DNA of 64,000 nucleotides from Patescibacteria group bacterium (GTDB lineage Bacteria > Patescibacteriota > Patescibacteriia > Buchananbacterales > UBA6539). Position 1 is the stretch's first letter; every line of letters starts with the position of its first letter. The stretch is from NCBI GenBank assembly GCA_034003985.1, contig JAVEXP010000001.1:236190-300189 (forward strand), given 5' to 3'. The notes beneath the pieces were generated by a model. The model was given only the letters and a program-made list of their open reading frames with translations, was not told where the DNA came from and did not search any database. Positions 27,627-36,689 of this stretch are shown here, one piece after another. The position numbers and the translations under genes were made by a program.

Positions 27627-28031
27627 TTAGTTAAAAAAGTAGAGCCACCATTTTTCGAGGTTGGATAAATCTTTTGTGCCAGTAGTAACTGGATTGGTGG
27701 AATCATTGGCGATTTGACCGGATTGGGAGCTGTTACTGGAAACAATGACCACTTTTTCCCCTTCTTTTTTCAATCCCAGATCCGTTCTGGCTTTTTCTTC
27801 AATGTAGGCATCAGAATTGAAATATTCAATTAACTCCCGAAATTCTTGGTTTTTTTGTTCTAAATTTTGGATTTCTGATTGTAAATCGGCAATTTCTCCA
27901 TCAACCTCATTGTTTCTTTGCCAGCTTTCTTGAAGACTCCAGCCAGTTAAACCCAAAATCATAAACAAAACCACCAAAATGGTTATTGTTTTGAAATGGC
28001 TTTTTGATTTTGGCTTAGGATTACTGATCAT
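27627..28031 (-). CDS. Septum formation initiator (FtsB/DivIC-like) protein
   Basis: 134 aa. Single N-terminal TM then the coiled coil EIADLQSEIQNLEQKNQEFRELIEYFNSDAYIEEKARTDLGL (DivIC/FtsB pattern). Confidence 0.65.
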   Translation of the reverse strand: MISNPKPKSKSHFKTITILVVLFMILGLTGWSLQESWQRNNEVDGEIADLQSEIQNLEQKNQEFRELIEYFNSDAYIEEKARTDLGLKKEGEKVVIVSSNSSQSGQIANDSTNPVTTGTKDLSNLEKWWLYFFN

Positions 28032-28177
28032 TGATAACTTAGCCGTCTAAATTATAACATTTTTCGGTGGTTGGTATCAAATTATTTTACCTCCCTTGGT
28101 GGTAGAATATATTATACCAAAAAAATAAAATCCTCGCCACTTGCCAGAATTTGCCGGTTGATGTTTTTTAATTTATC

Positions 28178-28588
28178 TTAGTTATAATCTCCCGCCGCTT
28201 CCGGTTGGTAGATTATTTCTTCAATTTTAATCTTTTTTAATCCCGAGGGGGTAGGCCATTCAATGATGTCATTGGTACCATAACCAATCAAGGCCGTAGC
28301 GATTGGCGACAAAATTGAAATTTTGCCATTAGCAATATCGGCCTGCTCAGGAAAAACAATAGAATATTCAAGAGTTTGGTCGGAATCCAAAAATTTGAAC
28401 CGGACCTTTGAATTCATGGTAGCCACTTGTTTGGGAATTTTAGTCGGTTCAACAATCTCGGATTTTTTAAGTTCCAATGATAGCGCTTTGATATAATCAG
28501 CGTTTTTCAGGTGGTTTTTAATTTCCTCGCGAAGCATATGGGATAGCTTCTGATAGTCGGTTTTGGTTATATAAATTTTTTTGGTCAT
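28178..28588 (-). CDS. GreA/GreB-family protein (Rnk-like, short N-terminus)
   Basis: 136 aa. The C-terminal FKBP-like GreA domain motif SILSPIATALIGYGTNDIIEWPTPSG is found. Confidence 0.7.
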   Translation of the reverse strand: MTKKIYITKTDYQKLSHMLREEIKNHLKNADYIKALSLELKKSEIVEPTKIPKQVATMNSKVRFKFLDSDQTLEYSIVFPEQADIANGKISILSPIATALIGYGTNDIIEWPTPSGLKKIKIEEIIYQPEAAGDYN

Positions 28589-28746
28589 AGCATTAATTAA
28601 AAAACGGCCGGAAATTTTTGGCCGATTTGGTTATTTATAAAGTAAATTTGATAAAACCAACCAGCCTAAACAGCCAGCTGCTCTAAGATAATTGTTAAAT
28701 TAATAATAAATTGACTGAGGTTCATTAAATTGGGGGTGATAGTAAT

Positions 28747-28822
28747 TGGTGGGACGTGAGGGATTCGAACCCCCGACCATTGGCTTAAAAGGCCACTGCT
28801 CTACCAACTGAGCTAACGTCCC
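28747..28822 (-). tRNA. tRNA-Lys (anticodon TTT), CCA encoded
   Basis: Acceptor GGGACGT/ACGTCCC, D-arm GCTC-AGTTGGTA-GAGC, anticodon loop CTTTTAA, T-arm GGGGG-TTCGAAT-CCCTC, 3' ACCA. A terminator-like hairpin CGGCCAAAAATTTCCGGCCG+T6 lies downstream on the minus strand (~28604-28630). Confidence 0.85.
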
Positions 28823-28870
28823 ATAAGATACGATATAGTTTAGCAGATTTATTATAAAGAATCAAGATTT

Positions 28871-29323
28871 TCAAGGGTTGACGGTTTCACAGTTCTCGTC
28901 GGCGGTACACAATTGCTTATAAAAAGTGAGATATAAAATTAAGTTTGCCAAACTGAAAAAGCCAAACAATAAGTTTACCTCCAAGGATTGGTTAGCAGTG
29001 GCAAAAATGATTTCAACCGCCGGGGCAATAATTGATATCTCCATAATGTATTTGATGCTGACATGGTGGCTCTCCAGATAGAAAATCATCAATCGGTAAG
29101 CCTTGACAAAAACCACCAAAAAAGCCATTTCATGCAGGATCGCCTGAACATTGAAATTTAAAACATTGACATAAACGCCAATCAGCCTAAAAACCATGTA
29201 AATTATCAAAACAGCGATGGTGGCAAAGATTAATAGTGATACGATGGTATCACTAAAGGTAACGCCTAGTTTAAAATATCGATTATTATTGGTGGTTTTC
29301 ATGATGATTTGGACGATATCCAT
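28871..29323 (-). CDS. Small 4-TM membrane protein, possibly PsiE-like
   Basis: 150 aa, four hydrophobic segments; KAYRLMIFYLESHH segment weakly PsiE-like. Low-confidence family call. Confidence 0.3.
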   Translation of the reverse strand: MDIVQIIMKTTNNNRYFKLGVTFSDTIVSLLIFATIAVLIIYMVFRLIGVYVNVLNFNVQAILHEMAFLVVFVKAYRLMIFYLESHHVSIKYIMEISIIAPAVEIIFATANQSLEVNLLFGFFSLANLILYLTFYKQLCTADENCETVNP

Positions 29324-29442
29324 TATAACATTTTTTTTCTTTTAGGCAAGATTGGTGGATAATTTGTGATAAATCGGCGACTTGAATAAGTATTGATAAA
29401 CGGTTAAGATTATATAGCAATTATTACTTAGATTTTAGATTT

Positions 29443-30825
29443 ATGGCTCAAAATAGCGAAACCATTGGCAAGATACCGCCGCAGAATATCGAAATGGAAC
29501 AGTCTCTTCTCGGTTGTTTGTTAATTGACAATGATGCCATTATTAAAGTGGCCGATATCCTTAATTTTGATGATTTTTACAAAGAGGCTCATGCTCAGGT
29601 TTTTGTGACCATTAAAGAACTTTATGAGAAACGGGAACCAATTGATTTGTTAAGCGTTGGTTCAAGACTGGAAGAAAAAAAGTTAGTTGACCGAATCGGC
29701 GGCCGGAGTTATTTGGCAACTTTGGCCAATGCGGTGCCAAGTTCCAGTCATGTTTTGCATTATGCCAAGGTGGTTCAAGGTAAAGCGACATTGCGCCGTT
29801 TGATCAGGGCGGCCTCTGAGATTACCGAGTTAGGTTTTAACGAAGCGGAAAATATTGATCATTTATTGGATACGGCTGAACAAAAATTGTTTAGCGTTTC
29901 CCAAAAATATCTGAAACGAAGCTTTGTTTCAATTACCGATGTTTTGACTGAGGCTTTTGATCGGATTGACGAGTTACATCGAGAATCAGGGAAATTACGC
30001 GGCATTCCGACCTTTTATCCCGACTTGGACAATATTTTGGCTGGATTGCAAAAATCAGATTTAATCATTTTAGCCGCCCGACCGTCAGTGGGTAAAACCA
30101 CCCTGGCTTTGGATATCGCGCGGAATGTGGCGATTAAAGCCAAGGAACCGGTGGGCATTTTCAGCCTGGAAATGTCTAAAGAACAATTAGTTGACCGTTT
30201 GCTTTGTTCGGAGGCCGGAGTTGATTTGTGGAAAATGCGAACCGGTAAATTGTCCGATCAGGGTGAGGATGATGATTTTACCAGAATTAATCGGGCAATG
30301 GGTCATTTATCGGAAGCTAAAATTTTCATTGATGATACCGCCAATTCAACAATCATGGAAATTCGAACCAAAGCCAGACGGCTTCAAACTGAGCATGGTT
30401 TAAGTTTGGTTGTAATCGACTATCTCCAGTTGATGGAGGGAACTTCCGGGCGAGGCGATAACCGCGTCCAAGAAGTTTCCGAGATATCGCGCGGTCTGAA
30501 AGCCATTGCTCGTGAATTGAATGTGCCGGTGATTGCCTTGTCTCAGCTATCACGGGGAGTTGAAGCCAGAGACAGTCATATTCCCCGCCTGGCTGATTTG
30601 CGCGAATCGGGCTCTATTGAACAAGATGCCGATGTGGTATTATTTATTTATCGGGAAAAAATGTATCAGCAAGATTTGCCACCAGACCGGGCCAACTTGG
30701 CTGAGGTAATTATCGCCAAGCATCGTAACGGTCCCACTGGCAAAGTCAAATTATTTTTTGACGAAAAGAATGTTACCTTTAAAAGTACGGAACAAAAAAT
30801 TAAAGATACTGATTTAACTTTTTAA
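29443..30825 (+). CDS. dnaB: Replicative DNA helicase DnaB
   Basis: N-terminal IPPQNIEMEQSLLGCLL; Walker A ARPSVGKTTLALDIA; RecA-fold motifs (H-box IIAKHRNGPTG); 460 aa. Confidence 0.92.
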   Translation: MAQNSETIGKIPPQNIEMEQSLLGCLLIDNDAIIKVADILNFDDFYKEAHAQVFVTIKELYEKREPIDLLSVGSRLEEKKLVDRIGGRSYLATLANAVPSSSHVLHYAKVVQGKATLRRLIRAASEITELGFNEAENIDHLLDTAEQKLFSVSQKYLKRSFVSITDVLTEAFDRIDELHRESGKLRGIPTFYPDLDNILAGLQKSDLIILAARPSVGKTTLALDIARNVAIKAKEPVGIFSLEMSKEQLVDRLLCSEAGVDLWKMRTGKLSDQGEDDDFTRINRAMGHLSEAKIFIDDTANSTIMEIRTKARRLQTEHGLSLVVIDYLQLMEGTSGRGDNRVQEVSEISRGLKAIARELNVPVIALSQLSRGVEARDSHIPRLADLRESGSIEQDADVVLFIYREKMYQQDLPPDRANLAEVIIAKHRNGPTGKVKLFFDEKNVTFKSTEQKIKDTDLTF

Positions 30826-30830
30826 AAATT

Positions 30831-31109
30831 ATGCCTCAACCTCCTCAACCTCCTCGTCCGCCTCATCCCCCGATGCCCGACCATAAACCTTTGGCCCCGG
30901 CGCTTAATTCAATCCCCCACAACGCCCCGCCCCAAGAAAGTAAAACCCGTTCTTTATTGTTCGCCGTTGTCAGCGGCAGCATTCTTTCTTTGATCGTTGG
31001 TATTCTTCTAGCTTATTTTAAGATTTCAATTAATGTTATTTTGCCGGTTTTGGCCCCGGTTTGGGTTGGCAGCATAACTTTAATTTATTCGGTTAATACT
31101 AAGAATTAG
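30831..31109 (+). CDS. Hypothetical small membrane protein with a proline-rich N-terminus (PQPPQPPRPPHPPMP) and two TM helices
   Basis: 92 aa. Stop overlaps the recR GTG start (TAGTG). The Pro-rich segment is locally GC-rich. Confidence 0.45.
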   Translation: MPQPPQPPRPPHPPMPDHKPLAPALNSIPHNAPPQESKTRSLLFAVVSGSILSLIVGILLAYFKISINVILPVLAPVWVGSITLIYSVNTKN

Positions 31110-31711
31110 TGGCTAAATATCCTTCTTCAATCCAGAAATTAATGGACCAGTTTGCCAAGCTACCGGGCATTGGCCAAAAAACCGCCGAGCGGTTGGTTTT
31201 TTATTTATTAAAGAGATCACCCGAAGAATTAATGGAATTTGCTTCAGCTTTAGCCCATTTAAAGGATAAAATAAGTGTTTGTCGTGAGTGTTATAATTAT
31301 TCCGAGAGTAATCCTTGTCCAATTTGTGTTGATCAGAAGAGAGATAAGCGGCTGCTTTGCATTGTTAGCAAACCCCAAGATTTGTTGGTTTTGGAAAAAA
31401 CCAGTGAATATCAGGGAGTTTATCATGTCTTGGGCGGATTAATTGATCCGTTGAATGGCGTAACCCCTCAGCAGTTACGAATCAGAGAACTCATTGAGCG
31501 GATAAAACGCTATCGGGCCCAAGAAGTTATTTTGGCTTTTAATTCCGATATGCCCGGTGAAACAACGGTATTGTATTTGACTAAATTATTAAAACAGTTC
31601 CCCAATTTGAAAATTACCCGGCTGGCTCAAGGTCTGCCTTTGGGTAGTGATTTGGAATATACTGATGAAGTTACTTTAACCAATGCCTTGCGAGGACGAC
31701 GGGAACTTTAA
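31109..31711 (+). CDS. recR: Recombination protein RecR
   Basis: HhH (LPGIGQKTAERL), C4 zinc finger (CRECYNYSESNPCPIC), Toprim domain; GTG start. Confidence 0.9.
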   Translation: MAKYPSSIQKLMDQFAKLPGIGQKTAERLVFYLLKRSPEELMEFASALAHLKDKISVCRECYNYSESNPCPICVDQKRDKRLLCIVSKPQDLLVLEKTSEYQGVYHVLGGLIDPLNGVTPQQLRIRELIERIKRYRAQEVILAFNSDMPGETTVLYLTKLLKQFPNLKITRLAQGLPLGSDLEYTDEVTLTNALRGRREL

Positions 31712-31724
31712 TTTTTCTAGATTA

Positions 31725-31750
31725 AAAAATAGCCCCCAAATTGGGGGCTA
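31725..31750. terminator. Bidirectional terminator AGCCCCCAA-ATT-GGGGGCT with flanking A/T runs
   Basis: aaaaaatagcccccaaattgggggctattttattt between recR (plus strand) and rplU (minus strand). Confidence 0.65.
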
Positions 31751-31756
31751 TTTTAT

Positions 31757-32065
31757 TTAAATTTTGGTAATTTCGATTTGAGTATATTCTTGCCGGTGAC
31801 TGCTAGTTCGATGATAGCGGGTTTTTGATTTGTATTTGATGACTGATATCCTTTTACCCCGGTCATGTTTAATAATTTTGGCTTCCGTCTGAATTTTCAA
31901 TAATGGTTTACCAACTTGAATATTTTCCCCTTTTTCGTCGGTAATCAACAAAGTATCAAGTTTTACTAAATCTCCAACCTTGCCAGGCAGTTTTTCCACT
32001 TTGATTTTATCCCCGACTTTAACCAGATATTGCTTGCCGCCGGTTTTAATTGCCGCTAAAGACAT
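31757..32065 (-). CDS. rplU: 50S ribosomal protein L21
   Basis: MSLAAIKTGGKQYLVKVGDKIKVEKL N-terminus; 102 aa. A TTGACA-17-TAGACT promoter lies upstream; no rpmA follows. Confidence 0.88.
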   Translation of the reverse strand: MSLAAIKTGGKQYLVKVGDKIKVEKLPGKVGDLVKLDTLLITDEKGENIQVGKPLLKIQTEAKIIKHDRGKRISVIKYKSKTRYHRTSSHRQEYTQIEITKI

Positions 32066-32203
32066 AGTAATTTAAGAAATTTAAGAGTAACTTTTATAGT
32101 CTAGCCAGATTAGCCAAAATTGTCAAGGGAGTAAAAAAAGAGGGCCCAAGTTACGAGCTTAAGCCCCTATAGTCTGACAGCACCATTTCGGCGCAACAAG
32201 GCA

Positions 32204-33637
32204 TTAACGCTCCAAAGCCTTGCTCATGCACCCCATACAATACCCTGAGCCGATTACCTCGCGGTATTTCCTCAGAGAAAGGTAGTGCAGGGAGTCCACA
32301 CCAATTATCTGGCGGATCTCTTCCGGCGAATGATTGACCGCAACCAAAAGATTTTCATCTTTGGTTTCGGTTCCACCACAGGTACAGGATTTGACAATTG
32401 GCGGGGCAAAACTGACCAAATGAACGGCCAACGCTCCTTCCTGCCGCAGTTTTTTGACAATCGCAATGGCAGTCGTCGCCCGGACGATTGAGTCGTCTCC
32501 CAACAGGATGCGTTTGCCAGCCACCACTGCCGGATCAATGCCGTGTTTCAAGATAATGGCCAGTTCTCTTTCGTCCTGGGTAGCCAGTTGGAAATTGCGG
32601 CGGGCCGCTTCAAAATCGTGCGAGCGATTAACCGCAAAGTTGAAGGGAAAGAGATTCCCCAAATCCATTTGGCTAAAGGCATCGATGCCATCTTGACGCA
32701 ACATCTCCAACATGCGATTTCGGGCATAAGCATTGGCGAAAGCCAGCGTGGCGCTCCGGCCGGAATCCGGGATCGGCGAGATCACATCAACTGTCGGCAA
32801 GACCTCCTGCTCCAGCATCTCCTGGAAGACGGCTAAACCCAAGGCGATTCTAACCTTGGTGACGCTTCGTCCCCAAAGACAGGAAGCAGGATTGGCCGTG
32901 TAGTCGAGGTTGAAGTCGCAATGTCTAGTGCTGCTTGGGATGTTTTCCAGGCGGAAAGTCTGGACATCGCCAGTCGGAGTAATTACTACCACTTGACCGG
33001 CATCAATGGTTTTGATTGGTTTGGCGCCAACCGAACGGATGGCCACATCTTCAGAAGCCAGAATGTAACCCCCACCATCGTTTTCAAAATAACCCAGGGA
33101 AAGCGGATGCATTCCCAAAGGGTCACAGGCACCAATCAAGTGGCCGTTCCAGATGATACCAAAGGCATAGGCCCGATCAAGTTGATTGAGCACTTTCAAT
33201 AAACGGTCAATAATGCCTTCGCCGTCGGTTCGTTCAAGCATCTTTAGTACAACCTCTGAGTCGGAGGTTGCTTCAAAGTCATCTTTCTCGGCCTTCAGAA
33301 TTTCCCGGCGGGCTTCGGCGCCGTAAATTTGGCCATTGTGAGCCAGCGCCAGTTGCTCATATTTACTGGCGAATGGGTGAGCGTTGGCCAAAAGACTTCC
33401 GCCAGAAGTGCCATACCGAACATGGCCCAAGGCCAAGGTGGCTGTTTCGAGTCCGGTGTCGGCGATCCTTTTACGAATTCGTCCGGCGGGACCCTCAACC
33501 TTGACTACCTTCACTTCGCTTTCAACAATACCAGCCAGACCGGCGGCTTGCGAACCGCGACCTTGAATGGTCGACAATCCATCCAGTACGGTTTTGGCCG
33601 CGCCTGGACGGCCAATCACGCCAACAATTCCACACAT
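32204..33637 (-). CDS. purF: Amidophosphoribosyltransferase-like protein (class-II glutamine amidotransferase + PRTase domain) in a markedly high-GC segment
   Basis: N-terminal MCGIVGV nucleophile; PRTase motif ILLGDDSIVRATT; C-terminal ...GYCMGCM. RBS GGAAAGGAG. GC content far above window background. Confidence 0.75.
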   Translation of the reverse strand: MCGIVGVIGRPGAAKTVLDGLSTIQGRGSQAAGLAGIVESEVKVVKVEGPAGRIRKRIADTGLETATLALGHVRYGTSGGSLLANAHPFASKYEQLALAHNGQIYGAEARREILKAEKDDFEATSDSEVVLKMLERTDGEGIIDRLLKVLNQLDRAYAFGIIWNGHLIGACDPLGMHPLSLGYFENDGGGYILASEDVAIRSVGAKPIKTIDAGQVVVITPTGDVQTFRLENIPSSTRHCDFNLDYTANPASCLWGRSVTKVRIALGLAVFQEMLEQEVLPTVDVISPIPDSGRSATLAFANAYARNRMLEMLRQDGIDAFSQMDLGNLFPFNFAVNRSHDFEAARRNFQLATQDERELAIILKHGIDPAVVAGKRILLGDDSIVRATTAIAIVKKLRQEGALAVHLVSFAPPIVKSCTCGGTETKDENLLVAVNHSPEEIRQIIGVDSLHYLSLRKYREVIGSGYCMGCMSKALER

Positions 33638-33735
33638 AAAGCGCTCCTTTCCCTCGATGCCGCGTTGTTAGCCCAAAAATAAAAAGAACCCGTTCCCTCC
33701 GCTTGTATCTTACTACAATCAGGTCCTAAGTCAAA

Positions 33736-35217
33736 TTAAAGAAACTTTGAAATATAATAGTCAACTGGCGCAAAATCATCAGTCAAAATCGGTATATCTT
33801 GGTTGATAAGAATATCTTGATTAAACCAATATTTTAATAATTCTTTTTGATTGTCATTAGCCCTTTCGATCAGTTTTTCCCTGGTGATTAGTTCATTGTT
33901 TTTAGAAGCGATGAGAATAATATTTTGGATTTCAGCTGGTTTTGCTTGATTTGGATTTTGGGTGGTAAAAATGTAGACTTGAGGAAAATACCGTTTTAAA
34001 GTCTTATATTCAGCTTGTAAAAATAGTGACTTTTGACCGCTTAGTGAAGAAGCTAAATTTAGAATAAAAACGCCGTTATCGTTTAAAGAATCGGATATTT
34101 TCGAGATTGCTTCCAAACTGGTCAGTTGAAAAGGAATTGAAACATAAGAGTTAAAAACATCACCATAAATTACATCAAATTTTTTTTGATTTTTATTTAA
34201 GAAAATTCTGGCGTCTTGATGAATAATATTTAAGCGATGGTTGGGTTTGAGGTCAAAATAAGAAGAAGCGATTTTGGTTAATTCCGGATCAATTTCAACC
34301 ACTGTCATTTGTGCTTCGGAGTAACGGTTAAGGAAGTCCAAAGGTGCGACATAAGCCCCGCCACCCAAAGTCAGGGCGCTGTTGATTTGGGGAACAAATA
34401 AATTATCAAGTCGATAAAGTTTATGATAACTGGCAAAAATTTCGTCAGCATCTAAATATTTAATGCTGTGGGATTCGGTTGCCAAATACAACGCGCGAAT
34501 CGGCCGGTTGGTTTTTGGATCGACAACATCAATTATTTTGATATGATTATAAGCACTGTCACCTTCAAAGACGATCTGGGCAGCAGTTGACTTGGGAATT
34601 AACCAAAGAACTAAAACCAAAATTAAGGTGATAATTTTGATAATTTTGTGACCGGCGATTAAAGAAATGAGAATAAGTGTAAAACTCAAACCATATAAAA
34701 TTTGACTACTACCGAAAGTCGGGATTAAATAAAAGCCTGCTAAAAAGGTGCCGGCAATACTGCCAATCGTGGAAAGAGCATATAAATTTCCGGCAACGCC
34801 CCCAGAATCTTTGACATTTTCCACTTTTAATCTAACGGCGTAAGGCGAAACCATTCCCAAAATAACGCTTGGCGGACCAAACAGAATCAGGGCGGCTGTC
34901 ACGGAACCAAATTTTACCCCTAGATTCGCAGTAAAATTTAGGATAGGAGTTTTAATGATGGTAATTAACAAAATCGTCAAGCCGGCGATTAGTAAAATTC
35001 TAGCCAAAAAATTCAAGTTGGGTGATTTTTTAGAAAATTGACCACCTAAATAATAGCCCAGGCTTAAAGCTCCCATGACAATACCAATAAGTGATGACCA
35101 AACAAAGATGGAGGTTCCTAGGATTGGCGCTAAAATTCGAGAGCCAATTAATTCTAAAACCATAACAATCGCGCCGCTACTAAAAATAATTATTTCTAAT
35201 TTGTTAGGAATTTTCAT
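33736..35217 (-). CDS. Membrane-anchored spermidine-synthase-fold protein (N-terminal polytopic domain fused to an aminopropyl/methyltransferase-like domain)
   Basis: ~7 TM N-terminal half. The C-terminal half has a spermidine-synthase-like LTLGGGAYVAPLDFLNRY...VVEIDPEL...IIHQDARIFL...FDVIYGDVFN pattern. Confidence 0.55.
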   Translation of the reverse strand: MKIPNKLEIIIFSSGAIVMVLELIGSRILAPILGTSIFVWSSLIGIVMGALSLGYYLGGQFSKKSPNLNFLARILLIAGLTILLITIIKTPILNFTANLGVKFGSVTAALILFGPPSVILGMVSPYAVRLKVENVKDSGGVAGNLYALSTIGSIAGTFLAGFYLIPTFGSSQILYGLSFTLILISLIAGHKIIKIITLILVLVLWLIPKSTAAQIVFEGDSAYNHIKIIDVVDPKTNRPIRALYLATESHSIKYLDADEIFASYHKLYRLDNLFVPQINSALTLGGGAYVAPLDFLNRYSEAQMTVVEIDPELTKIASSYFDLKPNHRLNIIHQDARIFLNKNQKKFDVIYGDVFNSYVSIPFQLTSLEAISKISDSLNDNGVFILNLASSLSGQKSLFLQAEYKTLKRYFPQVYIFTTQNPNQAKPAEIQNIILIASKNNELITREKLIERANDNQKELLKYWFNQDILINQDIPILTDDFAPVDYYISKFL

Positions 35218-35223
35218 TTTTGT

Positions 35224-35697
35224 TTAATCTAAAAAATAAGAAACTTGATCGTTAATTTTTATTTGATGTTTTTTAACAAAACCAGCATTAACTTCTAAAA
35301 CATGGTCAATTGGTTCGGGCGGATTAACGACAGCCGGTCTTTCGTTATTGGTTGGCGGTTGGATATTTTCAGTAGTGGCAATTACCTTGTTATTACTGAT
35401 CCAAATAAAATCCAAGGGAAATCTCATTCCTTTCATCCAAAATGTAACATCGGTTTTGGGTGGATAAGCAAATAGCATGCCGTTATTTTCTTTCAGGAAT
35501 ACTCGATTGGCAAGACCCATGGTTTGATCTTGGGAAATTTCAACTGTTACTTTAAGGTTGTTGATGATCAAATATGGTTTTGTTTGAAAACCTTTGTCAG
35601 TAAAAATAATAAAGGAAATAATAATAATTATTCCTCCAACGGCCGGCACCAGAAATTTAAATTTCATGATGTTTGCGGTGATGTATTGATAAAACAA
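35224..35697 (-). CDS. DUF192-family protein
   Basis: N-terminal TM/signal. GMLFAYPPKTDVTFWMKGMRFPLDFIWISNNKV...HVLEVNAGF matches the DUF192 (COG1430) conserved core. Confidence 0.6.
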   Translation of the reverse strand: MFYQYITANIMKFKFLVPAVGGIIIIISFIIFTDKGFQTKPYLIINNLKVTVEISQDQTMGLANRVFLKENNGMLFAYPPKTDVTFWMKGMRFPLDFIWISNNKVIATTENIQPPTNNERPAVVNPPEPIDHVLEVNAGFVKKHQIKINDQVSYFLD

Positions 35698-36688
35698 GGC
35701 TGGCTAAAACAATCATAAAGACTGCCAAAACCACTAAAGCCAGAACTTTACCCTTGGAATGGAGAAATAGCGATATGGTGCCGGAAACGGCGGTAATAAA
35801 ATAAAGGAAAATGACAGTTTGGCGGTGGGATAGGCCGAGATCTAAAAGCCGGTAGTGAAGATGACGACGGTCACCAATGGCTGGCGATTTTTTAAACCAT
35901 AGGCGTTGAACGATTACCCAGGCGACATCTAGAATTGGGATACCCATAATTAGTAAGGCCGTGGCAATTTTTGACCCTGAAATTATTGAAAGGGTACCTA
36001 ATAAAAAACCACATAAAACACTGCCACCTTCGCCCAAAAAAATTTTAGCCGGATGCCAATTAAAAATTAAAAAACCAAGAGTTGATCCGGCTAAAATTAA
36101 GGCCAAAATGGAGGTGCCTGATAGCGAAACATCCCAGTAAAGACTGACTATAAAAATAATAATTGAACCAATGGCTGTTATTCCAGAAGTAAGAGCGTCA
36201 AGGCCATCAAGGAATTTAGTGGTATAAATCATTCCCATTATCCAAAAAAATGTCGTGACCGTTCCCAAAAATACCGGAAATTCAATGATGCCGCCAAGCG
36301 GATTGGTAACAAAAAGAATTTTAGCCCCCGACAATAGTAAGGTGAGGGTCGCCAAGACGGGAAAAATTAACTGCTGGTGGGGTTTGATGTTGTATTTATC
36401 GTCCAATAATCCGCCGATAATCAAAATTAGTCCGCCGATTAAAATCGCGGTGATGTGATAATTGTTTATTTTACTGTCGTTAAGGTAACCGTTAAACCAA
36501 AATAGACCAGCGGTTAGACTAAAAGCGAGATAAATGGCCACACCGCCTAATAAAGGAGTTGGTCGCTTGTGGATTTTGCGCGGGGCAGGTAGATCAAAAA
36601 TCCCAAGCTTAGTGGCCAATATTTTAACAAGCAAGGTAAGACCAGTCGATAAAATAAAAGCAATACTTAGGGCGAATAAATAGATCAT
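35657..36688 (-). CDS. MraY/WecA-family polyprenyl-phosphate sugar-1-phosphate transferase
   Basis: 343 aa, ~10 TM. IFDLPAPRKIHKRPTPLLGGVAIY and DGLDALTSG motifs of the GT4 MraY/WecA family. Confidence 0.7.
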   Translation of the reverse strand: MIYLFALSIAFILSTGLTLLVKILATKLGIFDLPAPRKIHKRPTPLLGGVAIYLAFSLTAGLFWFNGYLNDSKINNYHITAILIGGLILIIGGLLDDKYNIKPHQQLIFPVLATLTLLLSGAKILFVTNPLGGIIEFPVFLGTVTTFFWIMGMIYTTKFLDGLDALTSGITAIGSIIIFIVSLYWDVSLSGTSILALILAGSTLGFLIFNWHPAKIFLGEGGSVLCGFLLGTLSIISGSKIATALLIMGIPILDVAWVIVQRLWFKKSPAIGDRRHLHYRLLDLGLSHRQTVIFLYFITAVSGTISLFLHSKGKVLALVVLAVFMIVLASLVLSIHHRKHHEI

Positions 36689-36689
36689 T

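Noticed and set aside
28590-28746. Plus-strand TTGACT...promoter-like sequence between the GreA-like gene and tRNA-Lys
   Set aside because: There is no plus-strand gene downstream. The region is better explained as the tRNA-Lys terminator (CGGCCAAAAATTTCCGGCCG+T6 on the minus strand) and the upstream region of the GreA-like gene.
24590-28830. tRNA-flanked regions as possible integration sites of mobile elements
   Set aside because: No integrase, recombinase, direct repeat of a tRNA 3' end or phage-like gene is found next to tRNA-Gln, tRNA-Gly/Thr or tRNA-Lys; the neighbours are housekeeping genes.
32285-33682. Cluster of 60-117 aa ORFs on both strands inside the purF-like gene
   Set aside because: Expected stop-codon depletion in a high-GC segment. 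They overlap a long CDS with clear PurF motifs and have no RBS.
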